A stretch of 64,000 nt of DNA from Lama glama (lineage: Eukaryota), in the NCBI GenBank assembly GCA_028534125.1, contig CM052832.1:16060001-16124000 (forward strand). The letters are read 5' to 3'. Shown here one piece after another: positions 21,113 to 34,400 of the stretch. Every line of letters begins with the position of its first letter. Position 1 is the stretch's first letter. The notes under the pieces were generated by a model. The model ran no database searches. It was not told where the DNA came from and saw only the letters and a program-made list of their open reading frames with translations. The position numbers and the translations under genes are program-made.

Positions 21113-24100
21113 CCAGCAATTTTTCTGCTCCCCAAACCTCCAACCCCTTTGACTCAGATAGTAAGAGATCCTACCACCTTCCAACTTTACCCCACTTAGA
21201 TTTTATGACCTGTTGTTATAATCGCCAACTTGCCTGCTCAAATCCCATTTCCCTCACTGTCCCTCATCATACCAGCCTGGCAAAAGCCTGGCTTTGGCTA
21301 AATCCAGCTTCCCACCTACTCCACGCCTGCCTCCATGAAGCTGATGCGGTTGCATAAAAACATGGAGTATTTATAAACACAGACTTCAAGTTGGCCATTA
21401 GAAGTACCCAGCATCTTCCTGGTCACTCACAAACTTTCAAGGCAATTATTTCCCATTTTATTCTTCCTCATTACACAACCTCCCTCCTCTTCATTTTCAA
21501 CTAATAACCAACCCTCTGCTTCGGCATTGGACCCTATCTCTTCTCACCTACTCACAGACATTCCTCCAGCAACCCTCTCTCTCCTACAACATCACCTTTA
21601 CCTCTGCAGTGCATCACACCCCTCAGCAAGAAAACGTGTTACACTTTCTATCTTAAAAAATAAATAAGCAGAAACCTTCCCTAGTACCCAAATCAAGGTC
21701 TCTTTTTCCATTCCCAGTAAAAAAGAACCATGTAGCAGTATTCATACAAGAGGACCCTGCTGGCCAGGAGGCCATCAAAGGTGTTAGAATCGTATCAACT
21801 TGAGGCTTACGCTCGCCAAATATGGGACAAATTGAGAATCAATAAAAATAATCACTGAGAGGGAATAAAACACATTAAAATGAATTTATTCATGGTATAC
21901 TGAATAAAAACTCATTGGTTCCCCTTTGGAGGATGCTAGAGAATGAACTCATTATCCTGAAAAGTGGTAAATAAAGAGTAAAGAAAGGTGCTAATCTGCC
22001 TTTCCTAAATAAATTGAATGGAAATAGAAGACAAGGCATAGCTTCTCTGTATGAATAAAAGAAACAAAGACAGTATGATAGAATTAAAATATCACCACTT
22101 TACAACCCCTAATAAAACCATGGACCTAGGCAACACTCGTCAAAGGATGCCAGCTAGAACTATATGCCTCCTGATGGAAAAACGCACACAACACTACCTA
22201 TGACCTACCCCTGCCAAAAAATAGGTTCTGAATCATGTCAAGTCTGTAAGTCTAACTACCAGTTTACAGGAAAAAGTGAGGGAGGCAGAAGGACATGGTA
22301 AATGACACAGGATTGCAATGAGCGAATTTTAGAATGTGAAATATTCTATGGGAAACAAGTCGTTTCTCAACAAATAAATGCCAAGGAAAGAAAGATTAAA
22401 GAGACTTAAGCTCCTAATCTCACCATGAGAAAAAGCACCAAACAAATTCCAAAAGGGAGGGAACATCCTATAAAATACCTAACCAGTATTCCTCAAAACC
22501 GTCCAGTTCACTGAAAACAAGAAAAGTCTGAGGAACTGTCCCAGCCAAGAAGGGCCCAAGGATACATGGCAATTACATGTAATGTGTCCTGGAGGGGGTT
22601 CTGGCTCAGATAAAGAGCAAAAACATACATAAGAAAATCTGAAGACAGTGTGGATTCTAATGAGAAGCTGTCGATTTTGATTTATTGTCTATAACAAATG
22701 TACTATGTTCACATAAAATGTTAATAATAGGGAACACTGGGTGCAGGGTGCGTGGCTTTATACTCTCATCTCAATTTTTCTATAAAATTAAAACGATTTT
22801 TAAAAACAGTTCTCCTTAGAAGACTGAAAATTCAAGAGACATATCAATCAAAGGCAATGAGTGGATCTTGTTTTGATCTTGATTCAAACAAATAAACTGC
22901 GTATATATTTATTGGAAAATTTGGGAAATTTCAACATTGGCTGCATATTTTAGGACAGTAAGGATAATTGTGAATTTTTAGACATCATAATGTCACTGTG
23001 GTTATTTTCTTTAAGAGTCCTTATCCTTTAGAGATACTAAAATATTTGTGACAGAAATGATATAATGTCTAGGATTTGTTCAATCTAGAGTAGAGTGTGG
23101 GAGTAGAGGTGGAACCAGAGTGGTCTTGAATTCATGATGGTGGATACTTGGAGCTTTTCCACTTAACTGTATGTTTGAGATTTTTCTATAATAATAAGAT
23201 AAACTTTTTTCCCTTGACCTCGTATGCTCTCCTACTAGACATCTTTTTGTCTGCAACTAATTTTTTGCCTATTTTGTCCTGTTTAATTAACTTTCTTTGT
23301 TTTGAGATAATTATAAAGTCACATGCAATTGTAAGACATAACACAGAGAGATTCTGTGTACCCTTTACCCTGTTTCCCCCAATATTAGCATCTTGCAAGA
23401 CTGGACTATAGAATCAAAACTGGGATGTTAACATCAGTACAATCAAGACACAGAACACTGCCATCATCACAGGAATCTCCCATGTTGCCTTTTAATGGCC
23501 ACAGCTGCTTCCTTTCCACCCCATCCTCTCCTTAACCCCTGATCACCACTAATCTGTTCCCCATTTCTACGTTTCTGCCATTTTAAGTATGTCATATAAA
23601 GTAACCATGCAATGTGTACTCTTTTGGGTCTTTTTCCATGAAGGCTAAGTTAAGATATGTAAAAATGATAGTGGCTTGGACTAGGGTATTAACAGTGGGG
23701 ATCAGAGGAGATAAGAAGTGGTCAGATTCTGAATTTATTTTGAAGGTAGAGCCACAAGGATTTAAGACAGATTAAATGTAGAATATGAGAAAAAGAGATG
23801 CATCAGCAATGTTTCTGAGGATTTGGGTCCGAACAACTGAAAGAACAGAATTGCAAAGCCCAGTTCTATCAGCAGGGAGGAGAAAGCTTGGAGAAGAAGA
23901 TCACATCGGTTCTGGGCATGCTGAGTTTGAGGTGCTCCTTAAACACTGAATGTACAAGTTTGCAGTTAAGGGGAGTGAGTGGTCTACTCTAGAAACACAA
24001 ATTTGGGAGTCATCAGTGCAAAGATAGATTCCCTTCATAGGGGATATTTAAAAATCTGATGCAAAGCATAAGACTGGATGAGATTACAGAGGGGCTGTGT

Positions 24101-25740
24101 GGTCCTGAGCAGGTGCACGCCGCCTTCCCTTAGGTGGGGATAATGCAAGAAGTGGGCTGTGCCCCTTCCTGACGTTGTCCTTAACTTCACTTCTGCCCAC
24201 CACACTCTTGGTTCTCCTTCTCCTAACCCTCCTTCTCCATCCCTGCTACCATTTCTTCTTCTTTCTGTCAAGTCACAGCCTAGGACCCCAACCTACTTTT
24301 CCACAAAAAATGTGAGGCTAGCAACATGGTAGAAATGGAGAGGTTAGTTTTTCCGCTCAGGTCTTCATGGTTCCTCAAGAAGCTTGATGCCTTTCTACTT
24401 TACTTTCATTTCTCACGAACACTAAATCCACCCTCCCATGTTCACAAGCCAGACAGTGCAAAAGAAGGAATTTTTCAAACTAGATTTCTTCTGCTGAGAT
24501 CTCTACATCCACGGTTGTCTCCTCAACCAAGAAAGCTGATGGGAAAATGACAAGGACATCAATAGAACAACGGAACAGAATCACGGACAGGCAATTCATG
24601 AAAGAAGAAACGTAAACAGCCAGAAAACAGATGAAAAGAATGTGATCCCTACAACAAAATGCAACTTTAAACAATGAGATTTTCTTTCTTTTTTTTACTG
24701 AAGTATAGTCGATGTACAATATTATGTAAGTTAAAGGTGTACAATATAGTCATTCACAATTTTTAAAGGTTATATTCCATTTATAATTATTATGACATAT
24801 TGACTATATCCCGTTTGGACAATATATCCTTGTAGCTTATTTTATACGTAATAGTTTGTACAACAATGAGATGGGATTTCGCCTATCAAAGTGGCATGAA
24901 TTCGGATTCCCAGGGTTGGTGAGGGTAAGGGCATGCAGAGACACTACTTCCAAGAGTATAAAGTCCTGTACTGCCTTCTGAAGAATGACACTTAGGTACC
25001 AAAAGCTCTAAAACTAAGTCTCTCCTCATTTGGAGTCTCCTTCTGCAGAGAAGGGAATCAATCTAGAATTTACTAGCATTACTTTGTTTTCACTGAAGTT
25101 ATTTTTATGGCGATTCTCTATTTACAATCAGACAGAGCTTACCTACAGATTCCTTTTAAAATCTAAGTTTGAAAATGGGAGTAGATTTTTTTTAAATGTA
25201 TAAAACAAATAATATTACTGATGGGTGCAGGTATGTGTGAGCATGGTCAGGAATGACTGTAGTTTTAGAAAAGTAGAACTAGTGCTAAACACAGGATAAT
25301 TACCTGCAGTGAATGTTAAAAATACGTTGGACTGAAAAAAGGAGGGTGACTTACAAGTAGATACATGTCTTAATTCTTCTCAAAGTCAGATTTTTTTTTA
25401 AAGTCTATCCTTTGACCCTTTGACTCAGTGGTTTCTCTTCTAGAAATTTAACCTAAGGAAATAATTAGACAACCCTTCAAATATGTATGTTCAAGAATAT
25501 TTATTGCACCATAGTTTATCACATTTTTAAAGATTGAGGTACATCTAAGTGCTCTACAATAAGAAACTGGTTTAATGAACTAGGTTCACCAAACAGTGGA
25601 ATACTAACCAGCCATTAAGAATAATGTTCATTCTTATTTGCAACAAGGTGGTTGACCAAGATGCTAAGAAGAAAGTTTAAAAAATGGGATGAAACTTCAG
25701 ATTCATGTCCTTCACAGGTATGTAAACAGATGTTTTATTT

Positions 25741-26328
25741 GTGCAAAAGAAAATGCACCCCAATGTTCATAGAGCATTATTTACAATTGTCAAGATATGG
25801 AAGCAACCTAAGTGTCCCTCAACAGAGGACTGGATAAAGAAACTGTGGTATATTTATACAATGGACTACTACTCAGCCATAAAAAATAATAAAATAACGC
25901 CACTTGCAGCAACATGGATGAACCTGAAGAATATCATTCTAAGTGAAGTAAGCCAGAAAGAGAAAAAAAAATACCATATGGTATCACTTATATGTGGAAT
26001 TTTTAAAAAAAGAATTTATTTACAAAACAGAAACAGACTCACAGACATAGAAAACAAACTTATGGTTACCAGGGGTGAAGGGCGTGGGAAGGAATAAATT
26101 GGGAGTTCAAGATTTGCAGATACTAATATATATAAAACAGATAAACAACAAGTTTATACTATATAGCACAGGGAACTATATTCAATGTCTTACAGTAACT
26201 TATGGTGAAAAAGAATATGAAAATGAATATATGTATGTTCCTACATGACTGAAGCATTGTGCTGTACACCAGAAATTGACACAGCATTGTAAACTGATTA
26301 TATTTCAATAAAAATATATATTTAAAAA
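25741..26328 (+). mobile_element. 5'-truncated, relatively young LINE-1
   Basis: Open ORF2 C-terminus ALFTIVKIWKQPKCPSTEDWIKKLWYIYTMDYYSAIK..., then 3'UTR and A-tail; second short tail 26341-26390; another tail ~27522-27670. Confidence 0.9.
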
Positions 26329-28240
26329 AAGAATGATGTTCAGAAATTGACACAACATTGTAAACTAACTATAGTTCAATTAAAAATTAAAATTTTTTTT
26401 AATTTCAAATGCAAAAAAAAAAAATGTTGGCTCATGTGTCTCCTGGTGTGATACATTGAGGACTCAGCATCACTTGTGTGGCAATCGAAAGATGCATAAA
26501 CTGAAGAAGCATCAGACATACCTAAATTTAAGAACCGTCTAAAACTAAAATAAAAAAATAAAAAAAGAACAGTCTGCAAAATAACTAACCTGTATTCCTC
26601 AAAAATGTCAATATAATGAAAGACAAAGTAAGGCTAAGGAATTGTATCTTTTTATTTTATTAAAATAAAGGAGACTGAAAAGACGAATGCAATGCATGAT
26701 CCTAGGTTGGGTCCTGGACCAAGAAAAACAAAGAGAATCATTATAAAGGACATTATGGGGCAATTGGCAAATCTTGAATATGAACTGTAGATCAAATAAT
26801 AATTTTGTATCAGTCTAAGCTTCCTGATCTTGATGGTCGTACTGTGGTTATGTAAAAGAGGGCTCTTGTTCGTAAAAACTTCACATCGATGTGTTTACAA
26901 GGAAAGGGAGATACTGCATGCAACTTATTCTCAGATGGTTCAGAAAAGAATGCTAATGTGTATTTAGAGAAATAATGTGGTCAAATGACCACAAATAATG
27001 TGGTCAAATCAGTTGGTGAATCTGAGTGAAGAGTACCCTGGAATTATTTTTAGGATTCTTGCCTCTTTTCTGTGAGTTTTAAATTACTTCAAAATAAAAA
27101 GTTAATAATAATGAAAAGAATGGTGCTGGCAAAGTGTATTCATCGCCAGGGGACCAAGGCTCAGGGCACACCAGGCTGTGGCCGGAGGGGCCTCGATGCT
27201 GCGGCCGTGCACAGTCACTGACAACACCTCCAGCCACCCTGGACTCTTGGTTCTCTGTGCTACTAGAGGAACTGGGTGTGTGGCTGACCCCAAAGCTGTC
27301 CTGGGTTGACTCAAGAATGCTGGATTAGTCAGGGCCATGAATTCTCTTTTGTGATTTTTAACTCAATGACTGGCATTCCTTGCTTCCCATGGACCTCTGT
27401 GGTGGATGGAGGGAGCCATGGGGGGAGGGGCACCTACCCAAATGCAGTGTTTGCTAGGGACAATACAAAATTCAGTGTAGACCTATAAATAAAAATAGAT
27501 TTTAAAAAAAAGTTTCTTCTGTGTAGCACAGAGAGCTATGTTCAATAACTTGTAATAATCTTTAAAGAAAAAAATGAAAATGAATATATGTATGTATATG
27601 CATGACTGGGATACTGTGCTGTACACCAGAAATTACGCATTGTAATTGACTGTACTTCAATAAAAAAAATTAAAGAAAAATTCAGTGTAAACGACATTTA
27701 TTTCTCATTGATGACAATCTTATACATTCCCTTCCAAAGAAGGCCAAGATTTCCCCCTAAACCAGCCCAGCGTCTTGCCCATTCCCCCAAAAGGAGAAAA
27801 CTAAGTCCCCAGCAAAGCCCAAGGTGAGACCCCAAAGTTCTCTGGGTTCCTTCTGCCAAGGTTAGTGGTTCCAAGTCATGGAAAGGGGCAGATTCCCTGA
27901 GAAGCATCCGTCCTGACCTCATGAAAAAAGCCTCCTCTCTTAGGAAGAGGTATAGGAGCTCTCCCTCACCTCCCACCTCTGTTTCCAGCCCCTGACCCTC
28001 CCCCGCCCCAGGGCCCTGCAGCCACCTTGCAGTCCCCCCTCTGGGAAGGAGAGGCCACATCTACAGCAGAAGGCGGGGCTGCTCCCAGGGCCCCAGCAGC
28101 CCAGTGCTCCCCTTCTACCACACGCCCTCCGGCTGTGCTGTCCTACCCGCCCCACTTCCCCAGGGGTTGTCAGGGACAGAGGCCCCTCCCTCATCCCCCT
28201 CAATTTTCCTCCACTCCCCCCCATCACCAGGGTGTCCAGG

Positions 28241-28260
28241 ACATTGTGTGACTCAGGAAA
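28241..28260 (+). promoter_or_regulatory. NOTCH4 proximal promoter module: SOX-like CATTGT, AP-1 TGACTCA, GGAA
   Basis: acattgtgTGACTCAggaaa about 150 bp upstream of the ATG; an AP-1 site is known to drive endothelial NOTCH4 transcription. Confidence 0.65.
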
Positions 28261-28401
28261 CAGCTCAGACGTGAGGTTCACTACAGGCCAAGGAGGAGGA
28301 AGAAGGGGCCGTGGGAGCAGGGGAGGTGGTTGTGGCCTCAGTGGGGGCTCCGAGGGTCCTTGCAGAGGAGGCAGAGGGGATCTTGGGACAGGGGCTCTGG
28401 G

Positions 28402-31400
28402 ATGCAGCCCCCTTCACTGCTGCTGCCGCCGCTGCTGCTGCTGTGTGTCATCAAGACCAGAGGTGAGGCACGGGGTGGGAGAGGTGAAGGGACCAAGACG
28501 GGACCTCAGGACGATTTCCCATGGGTTGGGGATAGACGGCCAAGCCCTGGATGGAGGAGTTTCTCATCTCCCAGATGGAATAGCCTGTAGGGAGACTCTA
28601 CTCTGCCTCTGCAGCTATACAGCCCAAGGCTATGGGACTCATGCCAGCGGTGGTGACTGTAGGGGGATGGGTGAGAGGGTGCCCACCCCCAGGGAGAACC
28701 CAGTTGGTCCTGGAGCTGGGGGGACAGCAGGCTCTTGTGATCACATTTAGGAGGAAAAGAGGAAAGAGAGTAACCACCTGCTAGGGGAGCAGGAGATGGA
28801 GACATGGGAAGGTCAAGTCCCTTTCCTGGTCCAGCTGTCCCCACCCCCGATGGCTCAATGCTGGGCCCTTCCGGGAGGAAATCCCTTCAATGTTTCAGCC
28901 ATTCACCTCCCAGGAGTCCCCTCAGCCCCCCCCCCCAATCCTTGTTGCCTTGCTTCCGAGGGACAGATCCTGAAGCTGGACTTAGGAGGCCAGACAATAA
29001 ACAGGAAAGAGGGGGTGGGGATTCGTAACTGAGAGGCCTGGGATCTAAGGGGTTGGGGAGCAAGTGCCACGTGGAGACTAGAAACACGGATACAAAGGCA
29101 ATGGTGGTTGAGAGCACATGTGTCGGGGGCGGCTGTGGTCAGGTCCCTCCGGATTAATCAGAGGAGGAAAAGGGGAGCATAATGCTCCCTGCTCCCTTCT
29201 CATCCTCATCTCCATCCCTAGGGCTGCAGTGTGGGAGTTTCCCAGAACCCTGTGCTAACGGAGGCACCTGCTTGAGCCTATATCCGGGGCAAGGGACCTG
29301 CCAGTGAGTGTACCTCGTGGGAATGGGAGACTGGAAAGGGCGAGGGAGAGCAGGGAGAAGTGAAAAGAAAGGAGAAGGGAGAAAGGGAGGCGGTTGAAGG
29401 GAAACAAATGAACAGGAGGGAGGAGAGAAGGCAGAGGGGCCAGGATGTGAGCTTTCCTCTCCTCCCCTGCCCAGGTGTGCCCCTGGCTTCCTGGGTGAGA
29501 CGTGCCAGTTTCCCGACCCCTGCCAGGATGCCCAGCTCTGCCAGAATGGGGGCAGCTGCCGAGCCCTGCTTCCCACCCTTCCCAGCTCCCCCAGCCCCAC
29601 CTCACCCTCCGCCCCCAGCTTCTTCTGCACCTGCCCCGCTGGCTTCACTGGTGAGAGGTGCCAGGCCCAGCTCAAGGACCCCTGTTCTTCCTTCTGTTCC
29701 AAAATGGGCCGCTGCCACATCCAGGCCTCGGGCCGCCCACAGTGCTCCTGCCTGCCAGGATGGACAGGTGAGCACTGGCGGGAGTGGGGAGGAGCAGCCG
29801 GCAGGACAAGGGCTGGGCTATGGGGTGGGAAGGATAGAACTGGGGACTGAGAGACTGGGAGCCCTGTGAGGACAGAGGTCTTGAGAATCAACAAGCCAGT
29901 TCTTGGGGGCAAGGATACAGCTCATTGGTAAAGCTCATACTTAGCATGAGGTCCTGGGTTCAATCCCAGTATTTCCATTAAAAATAAATAAATAAACCTA
30001 ATTACCTCCCCACCCCCTGCCAAAATAAAAAAAAAAAAAAAAAAGATCAAGATGAGAAAGGCAAGCCACCTGCCCAAGGGCACATAACCGGTCATCCCAC
30101 AGCGAGGGGCTCTGTCTCCTGCCTGCAAAGCCTGCAGGTTTTCATCTCCCCACCAAGGTCACTACTGAAGGGACCCTGCGTCCCCAGTCCAGGCAGGGCT
30201 CAGGTGCAGTACTCCTACCAACAGCTCCATGTACTGTTTTCAGTTTGGAAAAGGTAGCCACTCCAGATAGAACCGTCCCAAGGAATGGTAAAACTGAGGA
30301 TGAGGGAACAAGGCAGAGAGGGTATGGGAGGGAAGGGAAGTAAATATGGAAATTAGACACAGATAACCTGGAGGGAGAGCTGCGTCATCTCAGAGGAGCT
30401 GGAATTTGTGCCTCCTCTGTCCTTCACCTCAGGTGAGCAGTGCCAGCTTCGGGACTTCTGCTCAGCCAACCCCTGCATCAACGGAGGGGTGTGTCTGACC
30501 ACCTACCCCCAGATCCAGTGCCGCTGCCCACCTGGTTTCGAGGGCCATGCCTGCGAACATGACATCAACGAGTGTTTCCTGGACCCAGGACCCTGCCCCA
30601 AGGGCACGTCCTGCCACAACACCCTGGGGTCCTTCCAGTGTCTCTGCCCCACCGGGCGGGAGGGGCCACGCTGTAAGCTCCAGCCAGGACCCTGCCCCAC
30701 CAGCGGCTGTCTCAATGGGGGCACCTGTCAGCTGGTTCCAGGGAGAGACTCCACCTTCCACCTCTGCCTGTGTCCCCCAGGTGCGTCCTCACAGGGCTCT
30801 TCTGGGCACCGAGGTGGTCTCCCGTGGGTCCCCTTTCTCAGCTGATCACATGACCCTGACAGGTTTCACAGGCCCAAGCTGTGAGGTGAATCCAGATGAC
30901 TGTGTGGGGCACCAGTGTCAGAACGGGGGCACTTGCCAGGATGGGCTGGCCACCTACACCTGCCTCTGCCCAGAGGCCTGGACAGGTGAGTCATTGAAGC
31001 CAAGTCGATGGCACCAGTGGCCCAGACGGTCGTCCCTTGTTCTCCCCTCCCCACAGGGCCCCAGCTCCAGCACCCGTCCCCTTCCCACCCCCTGCAGGCT
31101 GGGATTGCTCTGAAGATGTGGATGAATGTGAGGCTCGGGGTCCTCCTCTCTGTAAAAATGGAGGGACCTGCCAGAACTCAGCTGGCAGCTTTCACTGTGT
31201 GTGCGTCAGCGGCTGGGGAGGCACGAGCTGTGAGGAGAACCTGGACGACTGTGCTGCAGCCACCTGCGCCCCAGGATCCACCTGCATCGACCGTGTGGGC
31301 TCCTTCTCCTGCCTCTGCCCACCTGGCCGCACAGGTGTGGCGTGGGGGGCACAGGGAGGTGGGAGATGGGGATGGCACGTGAGCAAAGCACGAGGAGGGC

Positions 31401-34400
31401 AGCTGGGGGCTTCAAGCAGCCTCTGAGAGCCTCGCCCACCTGCCCTCCAGGCCTCCTGTGCCACATGGAGGACATGTGTCTGAGCCGGCCGTGCCACGGG
31501 GAAGCCCAGTGCAGCACAAACCCCCTGACGGGCTCCACTCTCTGCCTGTGTCAGCCTGGCTACACCGGGCCCACCTGCCACCAGGACCTGGACGAGTGTC
31601 AGATGGGTGAGGCACCCCTCATCAGACCCTCTCTGAGCCCCAGACAGGCTCTGCACTGAAGAGAGAAACAGGCAAATTGCTTTTCAAATTAAAAACATAA
31701 ACATCTCCTCTTTCCTGAATTTGTCCAGATTTGGCATCTCTTCCCTACACAGTCTTTTCACCAACGCTCAGCCCTCCAGGCCCCAATGAGTCCTTCGCCT
31801 TCTTAAAGACACAAGCCCTTTCCCCACTTGGGTCTCGTCTGCCACAAACAGACCCCTCATAGTGTCCCTGCCAGTCTGGCCTCCTTGCCCTCCCGCCCCG
31901 ACCCCTGTGGACCCCTGGTTCTTCTCTCCCCGCAGCCCAGCAAGGCCCCAGTCCCTGTGAACATGGCGGCTCCTGCTTCAACACGCCCGGCTCCTTTGAG
32001 TGCCTCTGTCCCCCTGGCTACACTGGATCCCGCTGCGAGGCTGATCACAATGAGTGCCTGTCCCAGCCCTGCCACCCGGGCAGCACCTGCCTGGACTTGC
32101 TCGCCACCTTCCACTGCCTCTGCCCACCAGGTACCAGCAGAATGGGGCCTCGGGTAGAGGAGACAGGGCACTAACCCACGGGGTGTGACCTCTCTGGAGC
32201 CTAGATAGCCTCAGGTCAGTTGGGGTCAGTTACCAAAGAATGCTTCTCCTCCTCTCCCCACCCCCAGGTGAAAACTCTGGAGACCGATAGCCCCTAAGAG
32301 AAGGGCGGCCACAGACGTAGTGAGGTTGTGCACTGCTCTACTCTTGGGGGAAGAGGACGTATTCACTTCAAAGTCATTAAGGGTGCACAGCCTGGTCCAT
32401 TGGACCCAGAGGCCCATCAGGGGAAAACAGAATAGCGGTTAACAACTTTTCACGCTGCAGCCTCTGCTCATGCCAATCCAGAATGTTCCTTCTAATCACA
32501 GGAACTCTCTCCTGGAGAGATCAAGAGTAAACCCTTAAAACCCCAAGGGCGTGTGTGCTTGAATTTGGTACAACAGGAAAGAATGCTGCAAGGCTGCGCC
32601 TCCGTACAAGTTAGTGTTAAGAGGGGAATTATCTCCCCAGGGAGACAGCAACAGAGCCAATATCAAGGAGCTGAATGAAACCAGAGAAATAACAGCTTAC
32701 TCTGTGCCAGGTAGTGCCTGAGCCTCTTACACGCATTATCTAATCTTGACAATAACCCTATGAGGTCAACATCGTTACTATGCCCATTTTATAAATGAAG
32801 AAACTGACTTGTCCAAGGTTGCCCAGCTAGCAAGTGGCAGAGCCAGGATTCAAACCCAGGGTTTTGATAGTTTTAACCACTGCACTATACAGCCTTTCTA
32901 TGCTGAGAGCATCCAACGAAAAATGCTGGGAAAACTACCCAGTAGTCCAAGGGACAAGGTTGTAGATAACACGGAGCTTCAGAGGCAGGCTCCCCAAGCA
33001 AGAAGAGGGAGGCGACTGAGGTCCAGAGGCTGGTCCAGCTTCAGTTCAGGGTGAGACAGTGGAGACCAGGATGAGGCCAAAGACACAGGACAAATATGGG
33101 AGCAACACAGCTTCCCAGATGCCCTTCAAATGCCCACCTTGGGGATCCCTGGTCTCCCTGGCACAGAGGCCTGTCCAGGTAGAACAAGAGGAGTAAGCCA
33201 CCTCCAAGTAGATGCTCATTTGTCACACTGGAACCTCGAGAACCCGCCGGGGCTGATCAGCTACCCTTCCCCCCATCCCGGGTGAGCCCTGCCTTCTGTG
33301 CACAGAGGAATAGCCCCAAAAGACACTTCCCGGGAGCCCTCCCACAGGTCCCCACAGGCGCCCTGCTCGCTGAGCTTTCACACTGGAGGGAGCAGAGCCA
33401 CACACAGCAGAGCAGCGGAGCCTCGGGTTCACCTCTCCAGCCCCCATGCAGATGGCACCCTGGGAGGGGCTGCCTGATGGAGGCACACAGCAAGTCAGGG
33501 ACCAGGCTGGTTCTGGGACCCAGGCCTCCCGGGCAGAAGGGGTGAGCAGCCAGGGCAAGGCTGGCGTGGCTGAGCCTCACCCCTGACCGCACCTCTACAC
33601 CCTCAGGCTTCGAAGGGCAGCTCTGTGAGGTGGAGACCGATGAGTGTGCCTCTGCCCCTTGCCTGAACCAGGCTGACTGCCATGACCTGCTCAGTGGCTT
33701 CCAGTGTGTCTGCCGGCCCGGTGAGTGCAGATTCCAGTCCAGCCCCCTCGGCCCCGTGGGCTCCTGACCCTCCACAGTTCAGACCTGACAATCGCCCGGG
33801 GCCTCTTGAAGCTCCCTCTAGCCTGGCCAAGGAATCCCCCATTTCTCCAGCTTCTCCTCTGCTCTCCAAGCTCTCTTCCATGACATCCCCCAAATCCTCC
33901 ATTGCTTACTTGCCCACCTCATCTCTGTCCGGCCAGATCACCCAATGTCCCTCCTCTCCAGCCCTCCTTCAGAGTCCCCTGTATGCTCTCCCTGCCTGCC
34001 GGGGCTGCCGGGCTGGTCTGCCCTCCAGGGACGCAGGGAAATTTGCCCCAGGCCTGCCTTCTCCAGCTTCATGGAACACCCCTGTGTTCCCTGCTATGAT
34101 AATAACTGAGGTTTATTGAGTATTTACTCCAGGCCAGGCACATGGCCATGTACTTTTCAGGCATTGTCTCCTTGAATGCTTTCAATGGTATCATGAGGTA
34201 GGTTCTGTTATTATTTCTCTTTTACAGTGGAGCCCAGAGAGGTTGAGTAGCTTGCCCAAAGTCACACAGCCAGCAGGTGGTTGAGCTTCACCTTTTCTGC
34301 ATCACCCTTCTGTCACCTCGACCTGCCCTAGGTGTCTTCTCTGGAAACTTTTCCAGGTTCCTCTTTCCTGGCAAGGGGAAGGGCCAGGACTTGTATTTAT

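Noticed and set aside
20553..21184. ORFs made of X residues
   Set aside because: Artefact of the N gap
25741..26097. 118-aa ORF as a host gene
   Set aside because: It is the LINE-1 ORF2 C-terminus
29905..29975. tRNA-like A/B boxes as tRNA genes
   Set aside because: Multi-copy, A-tailed and mostly flanked by target-site duplications, so they are SINE heads
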